From: Candidatus Zixiibacteriota bacterium
GTDB lineage: Bacteria; Zixibacteria; MSB-5A5; GN15; FEB-12
Length of the DNA: 23,777 nt
Direction: 5' to 3'
NCBI GenBank assembly: GCA_041742355.1
Contig: JBGSIV010000287.1
Span: forward strand, 1 to 23,777
Shown: piece after piece, positions 8,186 to 16,686 of the stretch
Numbering within the stretch: position 1 is the first letter of the stretch
Layout of the letters: each line of letters begins with the position of its first letter
Notes under the pieces: model-generated
Database searches by the model: none
Seen by the model: the letters and a program-made list of their open reading frames with translations, nothing else
Told to the model about the DNA's origin: nothing
Made by a program: the position numbers and the translations under genes

Positions 8186-9499
8186 TCAGCCCAGCGGAGG
8201 CGGCGTCGGCGCGGGAGGCTCTGACGCCGGAGGTTGCGCGGCCGTAGTCGCCGGATAAACGCGCTTGCAGAAACGCACCCCCATCGCAATCGCCCCGGCC
8301 CCGGAAACGCTCGCCAACAGGTAGAGCAGGAAGCCGAGGTACGGGACAGCAAAGCCGATCGTCAGCAGCAAGAGACCGAGCAGCAGATTCAATGCGCTGA
8401 GAGCCCGGGCTGAGCGAACGCGGCTCAGGAGCAGCGCTCCGAGCAGCAGCGCCACGACGATCTTGCCGGCATAGAGCATGATGCCGCCGCAGACGGAGGC
8501 GAAGCTCGAGATGGGAAGCATGAGGGTGGAGAATATCAGCAGCAGGGCGCCGACCACGATGCCGTCGCCGGAAACAACGATGAGCCCGGCGATTACCAGC
8601 GCGACCGCGATAATCAGGATAACCAGGGCGAGGGCAAATCCGATCAGCACCACAAACCCAACCGCCAACGCCACCACCGGGCGGGTGTGCAACTGCATGA
8701 ACGACTCTTCCGCGTAGCGGCGGAACACGGCGATCAGAATGACGCCGAAGAGAAACGCGGCGAACAGTTTGGCGACCGCGAGAATAACGCTGCGCGCCGA
8801 AAGAACGCCGTCATCCTCCTGGCCGGCATCCTCGGGCGGCGTCCAGGTAACCTCTCCGGAGATCGCCGCCCCCTCGGCGATCTCGATCGCCTCTTTGTCC
8901 GTCGAGGTGTAGGTCAGGTTGCCGGTGATGATCGCGGTGGACGTGATCTCGATCTTCCCGTCGGTGCGAAGGATCAGGTCTCCGTCGATCAGGCCTTCAA
9001 TGATGATCGACTTGCCCGAAATGTGCGTCTGCCCCTTGATCGTGCCGTACATGCGGATATTGTTGCCGATCAGGCGGGCATCGCGTTCGATCACCGCGGG
9101 GCCGTTAAGCGTGATATCGTTTCCGAGAAGCAGCGCGGAGCGGCCGACCGTGCCGTCGATCGTGATCGAATTGGCAAACCCCCGCAAAGACCGGCCGATC
9201 TGCCCGCGGTGGCTGAGCTGATACGCAAAGATGTTGGCCGTGCCAGTGACCTCGCCGTTGAGCCGGAAGTTGTAGCTGAACGAGGCAAGCTCGCCGTCGA
9301 TCAGGCCGTCGATCGTCAAATCCTGCGCGTAGGAGTAGTAGTCATCCTCGATATGGTGCAGGTTCGAGATGTGCTGGTGCTCCGCCTTCTGGAACACCAT
9401 TGCGGAAGCGGTGGCGGCGAGAACACAGACCAGCGCGAGGATGAGCATCCCCGGAGCGGGGAGTCGACGGATTGACCGGTGGTAACTGCCTTTGCGCAT
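8186..9499 (-). CDS. Membrane protein with an exported bactofilin-like (polymer-forming) beta-helix and a multi-TM C-terminal domain
   Basis: Signal peptide (LILALVCVLAATASA); about 17-aa repeats such as LTIDGLIDGEL, FRLNGEVTGTA, ITIDGTVGRSA, IIIEGLIDGDL; about 5-6 hydrophobic segments; Pro-rich tail. Start moved to ATG 9499 and remains uncertain. Confidence 0.75.
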   Translation of the reverse strand: MRKGSYHRSIRRLPAPGMLILALVCVLAATASAMVFQKAEHQHISNLHHIEDDYYSYAQDLTIDGLIDGELASFSYNFRLNGEVTGTANIFAYQLSHRGQIGRSLRGFANSITIDGTVGRSALLLGNDITLNGPAVIERDARLIGNNIRMYGTIKGQTHISGKSIIIEGLIDGDLILRTDGKIEITSTAIITGNLTYTSTDKEAIEIAEGAAISGEVTWTPPEDAGQEDDGVLSARSVILAVAKLFAAFLFGVILIAVFRRYAEESFMQLHTRPVVALAVGFVVLIGFALALVILIIAVALVIAGLIVVSGDGIVVGALLLIFSTLMLPISSFASVCGGIMLYAGKIVVALLLGALLLSRVRSARALSALNLLLGLLLLTIGFAVPYLGFLLYLLASVSGAGAIAMGVRFCKRVYPATTAAQPPASEPPAPTPPPLG

Positions 9500-9775
9500 A
9501 CAACTTTCTGTACGTATGCCGGGGGTTGAGGTTACCACATGTATAGATAATAGGGACCGGCTAAACCAACAAAAAAACGCGCCCCCGTACGTCCGAACCG
9601 GGCTCCGAATCCCGCTGGACAACCGGGTCTGAATGGCTCACAAGCGCCAGTCGGCGCGCCGTACCACCTCCCGAAAGAAGGCCTTGCTGTCGTGCCGCCA
9701 GGGCATATATTCGTGGTATCTGGTACACGCTCCGTCCACGGAGCAAAGGCAGTGCGGCAATCGGAAGGCGTCGTC

Positions 9776-11524
9776 ATGAATGTACTGGTGTATCTCCTGA
9801 GCGCGGTCGTGCTCTTCATCCTCGCGTACAATGTCTATGGCCGGTACATCGCCCGGCAGGTCGGCCTGCAGCCGGGCCGTCCCACGCCCGCCGTCGAGAT
9901 CAACGACGGCCGCGACTTTGTCCCCACCCGCCCCTCGGTGCTCTTCGCTCACCACTACTCCGCCATCGCTGGGGCGGGGCCTATCGTGGGCCCGACCCTG
10001 GGCGTGCTCTACGGTGTCGGACCCGTCTGGTTGTGGATCGTCGTGGGAGCGATCTTCTTCGGAGCCGTACACGATTTCACCGCGCTCTACGCCTCGATCC
10101 GGGAACGGGGGAGCTCCATGGCGGAAATCGCCCGCAAAGCGCTCGGCCCGACCGGATTTCTGCTGTTTATCATCTTCACCATTGTCCTCATCGTCCTCGT
10201 AACCTCGGCCTTCCTCTCGCTGACCGCTGTCTCGCTGACCTCGCTCTACCCCCTGAGCAGCCTCGGACTGGAGGATGGGCAATCACTCCTCCGCGTCGAG
10301 GAGCACAACGGTCAGCCGATGGGCGTGATCGGCGGGATCGCATCCATGTCGGTGATCGTGATCACCCTCTTTGCACCGCTTCTCGGATACCTCGTGACCC
10401 GCAGGCACATCTCTACCCTTCTGGCGTATGCGATCGCGTTCGCGGTCGCCGCACTCTCGATCTGGATCGGTTTCCATTACCCCATCGGTCTGCCGCCGAC
10501 CGTCTGGATGGTCATTATTGCCGTCTACACCCTCTTCGCCTGCGGCCTGCCGGTGTGGCTGTTCATCCAGCCGAGGGACTTCGTCAACGTCCAGATCCTC
10601 TATGCCGGGATGGCGGCCCTGGCGGCCGGGATTCTCGTCACCGGCCTTCAGGGACTTGAGGTCAGCGCACCCGTCACCAACCTCGCGCAGGGGAATGCCA
10701 AACTCGGACCGGTCTGGCCCTTCCTGTTCATCACGATCGCCTGCGGGGCCATCTCGGGCTTCCACGCGCTGGTTTCGGGAGGAACATCATCGAAACAACT
10801 CGCCCGCGAAAGCCAGGCCCGGGCTATCGGCTTCGGCGGTATGCTGCTCGAGGGACTGCTGGCGATCCTCGTGCTGGTGACCATCGGCTCATGCCTGAGT
10901 TTCTCCGAGTACATCCAGATCACCTGGCCGGATGTCGGCGGCGGCAACCCGATCCTCGCCTTCTCGCTCTCGATGGGGCACATGCTTCAGACGGCGTTCG
11001 GGCTGCCGATGGCCCTCGGGGTAGTCTTCGGAATCCTCACGGTGGAGGGGTTCCTCGTGACGACCCTCGATGTAGCGGTGCGGTTGAACCGCTACCTCTT
11101 TGAGGAGCTGTGGAAGACCCTGATTCCCAACCCGCCCAGAATTCTCACCCAATTCTGGTTCAACTCGGCGCTTGCGGTGGTCCTCATGCTGGTTCTGGCC
11201 ATGTCCAATGGGTACAAGCTCATCTGGCCGCTCTTCGGATCGACCAACCAGCTATTGGCCGCTCTGACTCTCATCGCCGTTACCGTCTGGCTGCACCGGG
11301 CCGGCCGCGCGAGCTGGTATACGCTCATTCCGGCGGCCGTCATGATCTGCACCACAATCGCCGCGCTAAGCTATTATTTAGTAACAACTTACCTGCCGAT
11401 GGGAAACTGGCTGCTGGCCGGAACGGACATCCTTCTCCTGCTGCTGGCGCTGGGGGTACTCGGATTGTCACTCCGGGAATTCGCCCGCGGACGCCTCGCG
11501 GCGGGTGCTCCGATGGCTCCATAA
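9776..11524 (+). CDS. cstA: Carbon starvation protein A family transporter
   Basis: TPAVEINDGRDFVP, HHYSAIAGAGPIVGP, FFGAVHDF, WPFLFITIACGAISGFHAL, GFGGMLLEG, IWPLFGSTNQLLAAL. GGAAGG precedes ATG 9776. Confidence 0.93.
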   Translation: MNVLVYLLSAVVLFILAYNVYGRYIARQVGLQPGRPTPAVEINDGRDFVPTRPSVLFAHHYSAIAGAGPIVGPTLGVLYGVGPVWLWIVVGAIFFGAVHDFTALYASIRERGSSMAEIARKALGPTGFLLFIIFTIVLIVLVTSAFLSLTAVSLTSLYPLSSLGLEDGQSLLRVEEHNGQPMGVIGGIASMSVIVITLFAPLLGYLVTRRHISTLLAYAIAFAVAALSIWIGFHYPIGLPPTVWMVIIAVYTLFACGLPVWLFIQPRDFVNVQILYAGMAALAAGILVTGLQGLEVSAPVTNLAQGNAKLGPVWPFLFITIACGAISGFHALVSGGTSSKQLARESQARAIGFGGMLLEGLLAILVLVTIGSCLSFSEYIQITWPDVGGGNPILAFSLSMGHMLQTAFGLPMALGVVFGILTVEGFLVTTLDVAVRLNRYLFEELWKTLIPNPPRILTQFWFNSALAVVLMLVLAMSNGYKLIWPLFGSTNQLLAALTLIAVTVWLHRAGRASWYTLIPAAVMICTTIAALSYYLVTTYLPMGNWLLAGTDILLLLLALGVLGLSLREFARGRLAAGAPMAP

Positions 11525-11538
11525 CCTCTTTTGCCCCA

Positions 11539-11565
11539 TTAACGTTCATCAGTTTTGGCCGATAC
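11539..11565 (+). promoter_or_regulatory. Possible sigma28 (FliA)-like promoter upstream of the diguanylate cyclase
   Basis: TTAA-N15-GCCGATAC compared with the consensus TAAA-N15-GCCGATAA. Confidence 0.4.
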
Positions 11566-11590
11566 TGAGAGGAGAGGCAGATGAACGTAA

Positions 11591-13150
11591 ATGCGGCTAT
11601 TTCTCGACCGAAATAAGACTCTCTTACCCCGGCTTGACATGATCTACTTCATGTCCCGCATCGGGGTGATGCTCGTCGTGGGTTGGTATGGATTCGTCCA
11701 GGGGTACTTCTCCAGCGATCCCTATTTCTCCTACACGATTCTCTTCACTTACGTGGTTCACCTGGCGCTGTTCTACGGCGGCATTCAGGGGCGCTTCAAT
11801 CTCAAGCTCGGCTACCTCACCTCGATCCTCTATGATCTGATCGTTATCCCGATGATTGTTCTCTACGCCGGGGGACTTCACACCAGCTTCTTCCTCCTGT
11901 TCTTCCTGACGATATCGGTGGCCGCCTATGTGTTGCAGTTCTGGTTTGCCACAGCGGCGGTCCTGGCGGTATGCAGCCTCTACCTGTTGGTGATTCGCCA
12001 GGATCTTACCTTCGATACCATCCAGGATATCAGCATGCGCCTGGGGTTCTTTATCGTCTACTACATGGCGATCTCGTATGTCTCCCAGCACATGCAGCGC
12101 TCTGAGAAACGACTGCTGAAACTGTTCGATACCCTCAACATGCGCACCTCCGAACTGGAGAAATCGCAGGCACAGCTGGAGATGATCTACGAAAACTCCC
12201 GCAACCTCGCCTCGATGCTCGACCGCGACGGCGTGATCAAGGAAGTGGTGCGGATTCTCGGCCGCGTGATGGGGTACTCCAGCTACGGCATCGTCCTGCG
12301 CGACCACAAGGACCAGTATGTCTACCGGGCACGGTCGGTCAAGGGGCAGGTGGTGTTCCAGCTGAAGGCTATCGATGTCGACCGGATGCCGCTGGTGAAG
12401 AAAGTGTGCGACCAGGACGAGCCGATCCGGGTCAAAGACATCCGTGGCCGGAGCAATTTCGAGCCGCTGGCCGATGACACCCGCTCCGTCATGGTGCTGC
12501 CCATGAACTCCCACGGCCGGGTCAACGGGGTGCTGACGATCGAGTCGTCCGACCTCGACTACTTCCGGGAGCGCGACCTGCAGATGGCGTCCATCGTGGC
12601 GCGGTCGGCCGCGCTCGCGCTGGAGAATGCCGAGTTGCACAAGCGGACGGAAGAATTGACCATTATCGACGAACTGACCGGCGCGTATAACTACCGGTAC
12701 TTCGTGCGCAAGCTCCAGGAGGAAAAGCGCCGGGCCAGCCGCTACGACCTGCCGCTGTCCTTGATCATGGTCGACATCGACTGGTTCAAGCGGCTCAACG
12801 ACACCTACGGCCACGAAGCGGGCAACGAAGTGCTGCGGACACTGGCAAAAGTAATTGCCGGATGCATCCGCGATGTCGATATTTTCTGCCGCTACGGCGG
12901 CGAGGAGTTCACGATCATCCTGCCGCAGACAGCGCGTTCCGAGGCGGTGGTGATCGGCGAACGCATTCGCGAACAGGTCGAACTGGCGCGGATGGATGTC
13001 GGTGGGCCGGAGGAAGTCGGGATCACCGTGTCGGTCGGCGTCAGCTCGTATCCCGAGAACGGCAGGTCACAGGAAGACCTGGTGTCGGTTGCGGATCAAG
13101 CGCTCTACCGGGCGAAAGGCGAAGGACGGAACCTCGTTTGTGCAATATAG
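11591..13150 (+). CDS. Membrane-bound GAF-GGDEF diguanylate cyclase
   Basis: About 5-6 N-terminal TM segments, a coiled coil and a GAF domain (RSVMVLPM..GVLTIES..F..RDL). GGDEF motifs DELTG, DIDWFKRLNDTYGHEAG, I-site RDVD, active site RYGGEEF and ADQALYRAK. Confidence 0.95.
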   Translation: MRLFLDRNKTLLPRLDMIYFMSRIGVMLVVGWYGFVQGYFSSDPYFSYTILFTYVVHLALFYGGIQGRFNLKLGYLTSILYDLIVIPMIVLYAGGLHTSFFLLFFLTISVAAYVLQFWFATAAVLAVCSLYLLVIRQDLTFDTIQDISMRLGFFIVYYMAISYVSQHMQRSEKRLLKLFDTLNMRTSELEKSQAQLEMIYENSRNLASMLDRDGVIKEVVRILGRVMGYSSYGIVLRDHKDQYVYRARSVKGQVVFQLKAIDVDRMPLVKKVCDQDEPIRVKDIRGRSNFEPLADDTRSVMVLPMNSHGRVNGVLTIESSDLDYFRERDLQMASIVARSAALALENAELHKRTEELTIIDELTGAYNYRYFVRKLQEEKRRASRYDLPLSLIMVDIDWFKRLNDTYGHEAGNEVLRTLAKVIAGCIRDVDIFCRYGGEEFTIILPQTARSEAVVIGERIREQVELARMDVGGPEEVGITVSVGVSSYPENGRSQEDLVSVADQALYRAKGEGRNLVCAI

Positions 13151-13196
13151 ACAGCAATACGGGTGGCGCCACGATGGCGAAAGCAGGGGTAAGGAC

Positions 13197-14195
13197 ATGA
13201 CCGATTTGTCGAAACAGTTGGGGCAATTGTTCATCATCGGGTTTCCCGGCGCCGAGCCGCCGAAACCGTTCGTGAATTTCCTGGCCGAGGAACAGGTCGG
13301 GGGCGTGATTCTCTTCGAGGAAAATTGTCCGGGGCACAACGCGGTGCGCGAAACGATCCGGCAGATCCGATCGCAGTACCGCGCCACCATCCCGTTCATC
13401 GCGGTCGATCAGGAAGGCGGCCGGGTCAGCCGGCTGCGCGGAGCCCCTGCCGAGTTTCGATCCGCCGCGGAGTATGGAGCGGAGAAATCGGTCGAGCGTT
13501 TCCGGGAAGACTACCGCCGGTCGGTGGTGTTTATGGAATCGATCGGGATCAACCTCAACTTGGCCCCGGTCTGCGACCTGTTCCTGGACCAGAATGGAAC
13601 CTGCCTGAAAGAGCGCTGTTTCGGGCGCACGCCGCAGGAAGTGATCCCGTTTGTCGAAACGTCGATCATGACCGCGCGCGCCGGAAGAATCCTCAGCTGC
13701 CTCAAACACTTTCCGGGACTGGGGGCGACCGCAATCGACCCGCACTACAAGACCTCGGTCATTCCCTACGACGAACTGGTGTGGGAACAGCGGGAACGAC
13801 TGCCTTTTGCCGCCGGCGTCGGAGCCGGGGTCGATCTCATCATGACCACCCACGTACGGCTGCTCGGGGTTGACGATACGATCGCCACGGGATCGCACAT
13901 CATCATTCAGGATATGCTCCGCAAACGGCTGGGGTTCGACGGGCCGGTGATCACCGACGACCTGACCATGGCGGGCGCAGCCGACCTCGGCGAGATCGGC
14001 CCGCGAACCGTGCGGGCGTTTAACGCCGGCCATGACCTGCTCCTGTTCGGACGCGATTACGAGCAGTCCATGCGCGCCTACGACTACTTCGTCGATGCCT
14101 ACCGTCACGGCGACATCACGCGCGATCGGGTCGAAGAAGCGCTCGGGCGGGTCTCCGGAATCAAATTCAAACTGGACAGCATCATGCTGCCGTGA
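13197..14195 (+). CDS. nagZ: Beta-N-acetylhexosaminidase (GH3, single-domain NagZ type)
   Basis: GGVILF, AVDQEGGRVSRL, NLAPVCD, KHFPGLG..DPH, MTTH, ITDDLTM. AAGGA lies directly before ATG 13197. No signal peptide. Confidence 0.9.
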   Translation: MTDLSKQLGQLFIIGFPGAEPPKPFVNFLAEEQVGGVILFEENCPGHNAVRETIRQIRSQYRATIPFIAVDQEGGRVSRLRGAPAEFRSAAEYGAEKSVERFREDYRRSVVFMESIGINLNLAPVCDLFLDQNGTCLKERCFGRTPQEVIPFVETSIMTARAGRILSCLKHFPGLGATAIDPHYKTSVIPYDELVWEQRERLPFAAGVGAGVDLIMTTHVRLLGVDDTIATGSHIIIQDMLRKRLGFDGPVITDDLTMAGAADLGEIGPRTVRAFNAGHDLLLFGRDYEQSMRAYDYFVDAYRHGDITRDRVEEALGRVSGIKFKLDSIMLP

Positions 14196-14208
14196 TTGTT
14201 TAGGCGTC

Positions 14209-15405
14209 ATGTCACTCCGACGCCTCATAGCGCGCACGCCCCTGATCGTACTCGGGCTCAACTCCGGGACATCGGCCGACGGCCTCGACCTCGCCGTCCT
14301 CCGCATCGCCGCCGGTATGAAGATTCGCATGGTGGCGGGATACGCACGCCGCTTTCCGCCCCGCCTCAAAGAGCTGATCCTCGACACGGCCGACAGCCCA
14401 CAGACCACGCTGGAAGAGATCGTCCGGCTGGACAACTACCTCGGACGGTTCATCGGACAAACAGCGGCCGCGTACATGAAGAGGCTCGCCACCCAGGGTA
14501 TCACAGTGCACCTGGTGGGATCCCATGGGCAGACCGTCCGGCACGTGCCCGGGGCAGTACCCCTGGGCGGTTTCCGCATCAACGGCACCCTGCAGCTCGG
14601 ATCCCTCGACCAGATCGCTGCGGCTACGGGGCAGGTGACCGTCGGGGATTTCCGCCAGGCCGATATCGCGATCGGCGGGGAAGGAGCGCCGATCACGACC
14701 GGCGCCATGCACCGGTTGTTTGCCGACACAAAAGAATCCCGGATGATTGTCAATATCGGGGGAATGGCCAACTACTTCTACTTCCCTGCACGCGCTGCCC
14801 GTCAGGCCGCGGCAGCGCGCGACTGCGGCCCGGGCAACAGCCTCTGCGATATTCTGGCGGCCCGGCTCTTTCACCGACCGTTTGATCGCGGGGGACGGAT
14901 TGCGGCATCGGGCGCGATTCACCGGCCGCTGCTGGAAAGACTCGTCGCCGAATCATTCTTCTCGGGGCGAATGGCCTCGACCGGGCGGGAGACATTCGGC
15001 GCACGGCTGGCCGACAACATCATCGCGCACGGTCGACAACGCCGGATACCTTCGGCTGACTTGATGACCACGGCGGCCGAACTGACGGTTTTCGGCATCA
15101 CGCGGAGCGTGGCGCCCCTGGCAGCGGCCGACGGCCGCATCAAAAACCTGTATCTCATGGGCGGCGGACGGCACAATCGATACCTCTGTCAGCGACTGGC
15201 GGAAGAGCTGCCGCGCCTGACGATCCGCCCGGTCGATGACCTTGGAATCGACGGTGATCTGGTCGAGGCCTCGGCGTACGCCGTGATGGCGGCCGCGTGC
15301 ATTCGATCGGAAGCGTTGCCGTCGATCGCGCGGCGCGGCATGGATTCCCGCCTGCGCCCGGTTCTGGGGCGGATCGCCCAACCCCCTGTGCGTGTACACT
15401 CATAG
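14209..15405 (+). CDS. anmK: Anhydro-N-acetylmuramic acid kinase
   Basis: GLNSGTSADGLD, GSHGQT, DFRQADIAIGGEGAP, NIGGMAN, DCGPGN, STGRETF, GGGRHN. Confidence 0.95.
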   Translation: MSLRRLIARTPLIVLGLNSGTSADGLDLAVLRIAAGMKIRMVAGYARRFPPRLKELILDTADSPQTTLEEIVRLDNYLGRFIGQTAAAYMKRLATQGITVHLVGSHGQTVRHVPGAVPLGGFRINGTLQLGSLDQIAAATGQVTVGDFRQADIAIGGEGAPITTGAMHRLFADTKESRMIVNIGGMANYFYFPARAARQAAAARDCGPGNSLCDILAARLFHRPFDRGGRIAASGAIHRPLLERLVAESFFSGRMASTGRETFGARLADNIIAHGRQRRIPSADLMTTAAELTVFGITRSVAPLAAADGRIKNLYLMGGGRHNRYLCQRLAEELPRLTIRPVDDLGIDGDLVEASAYAVMAAACIRSEALPSIARRGMDSRLRPVLGRIAQPPVRVHS

Positions 15406-15421
15406 AGATCGGATAAACAGC

Positions 15422-16684
15422 ATGTTCACCAGGATTGTCAACATCATCGCCCGCACCGGCACTGCGCTTCTCCTCATGGCGCTCGTGTGGAGTTGCGGCA
15501 CGATCCCCGGCCTCAAGGATGAAGAGTCGGGATCCGTTATCAGGGTGCCGTTCGTGCGGATCCTCCTGTCCGAAAACCAGCCGGAAGTGGAGCTGTCGGC
15601 CGACCACTCCTTCGCGATTGAATGCCTGACCGGCGGCGAACAGTCCATCTACTACTCCTCCAAACCGGTCACCGTCCGCAGCCTCCGCTCGGAGGTGCAG
15701 GTGCTCAACCACAAGGGGGAGACCATCCACGATCGGGCAAGCGAAGTGAACATCCTCCCCCGAGGAACGAACAACCGCACCGAAGTGGGCGGAAAACCGT
15801 ATCGGGGCATTATCCGCATCCTGCCGTACGGCGACAACGTGCGGCTCATCAACATCCTCTACATCGAAGATTACTTGCGGGGAGTTGTCCCCCCCGAACT
15901 CGGCCAGCGGAACGACGATGAAGTCGAGGCGGTCAAGGCGCAGGCGGTGGCGGCGCGGACCTACGCCATGGGTCACCTCCAGCAGTACGACAAGGAACCG
16001 TACGACCTCAAAGCCAGCGTGTACGACCAGGTATACGAGGGCTACGGGGTCGAAAACCGCCTCGTCAACAAGGCGATCGACGCAACCGTCGGCACGGTGG
16101 CGTCGTACCAGGACAAGCTCATCGGGGCCTACTACCACTCCACCTGCGGCGGCATGACCGACGACATCGCCCACGTCTGGGACCGCGAGAGCATCCCCTA
16201 CCTCAAGGCCGTAGCCGACAGCGGATCGTGCTCGTGGTCGAAGTACTACCACTGGAAAGAGGTCTTCACCGAAGAACAGCTTCGGGGGCGCCTCGAGCAG
16301 TACCTCTCGGGCGATCGCGGCAAAGATCTCCGCATCGGTGCGATCCGCACCGTCGAGGTGCGCGAGCGCACGCCCGGCGGACGAGTGGCGAAACTCGAGG
16401 TGCACACCGACACCGATACCTACCGCTTCCAGAAGGACCGCATCCGCTGGGCCATCGGCCGGGCCAGCAGTCCCGATTTAATCTTGCCGTCCGATCGCTT
16501 CGACGTTATAATCGAACGGGACAACAGCGGGAACGTGCTCCGCGTTGTCTTCGACGGAAGCGGCTACGGTCACGGCGTCGGCATGTGCCAGTGCGGGGCG
16601 ATCGGAATGTCCCGGGCCGGCTACACCTTCGAGCAGATCCTGCATCGGTACTACGCCGGGATAGACCTCAAACAGCTTTACTGA
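15422..16684 (+). CDS. SpoIID/LytB-domain lytic transglycosylase, probable lipoprotein
   Basis: Lipobox-like LVWSC; YRG, IEDYLRGVVPPE (catalytic Glu), KAQAVAARTY, DQVY, YHSTCGG, GYGHGVGMCQCGA, ILHRYY. Confidence 0.92.
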   Translation: MFTRIVNIIARTGTALLLMALVWSCGTIPGLKDEESGSVIRVPFVRILLSENQPEVELSADHSFAIECLTGGEQSIYYSSKPVTVRSLRSEVQVLNHKGETIHDRASEVNILPRGTNNRTEVGGKPYRGIIRILPYGDNVRLINILYIEDYLRGVVPPELGQRNDDEVEAVKAQAVAARTYAMGHLQQYDKEPYDLKASVYDQVYEGYGVENRLVNKAIDATVGTVASYQDKLIGAYYHSTCGGMTDDIAHVWDRESIPYLKAVADSGSCSWSKYYHWKEVFTEEQLRGRLEQYLSGDRGKDLRIGAIRTVEVRERTPGGRVAKLEVHTDTDTYRFQKDRIRWAIGRASSPDLILPSDRFDVIIERDNSGNVLRVVFDGSGYGHGVGMCQCGAIGMSRAGYTFEQILHRYYAGIDLKQLY

Positions 16685-16686
16685 GC

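Noticed and set aside
9596..9634. Imperfect direct repeat AACCGGGCTCCGAAT / AACCGGGTCTGAAT in the divergent cstA promoter region
   Set aside because: Short, GC-rich and needs a gap to align; could be chance.
13174..13200. Mini-ORF MAKAGVRT* overlapping the nagZ start (ATGA)
   Set aside because: Only eight codons, and nagZ has its own AAGGA; no evidence that it is translated.
12996..16686. Long N-terminal extensions in the ORF track for nagZ (12996), anmK (14032) and ompA (16228); also 9622, 9692 and 20706
   Set aside because: They overlap upstream genes or precede better RBS- or signal-peptide-supported starts.
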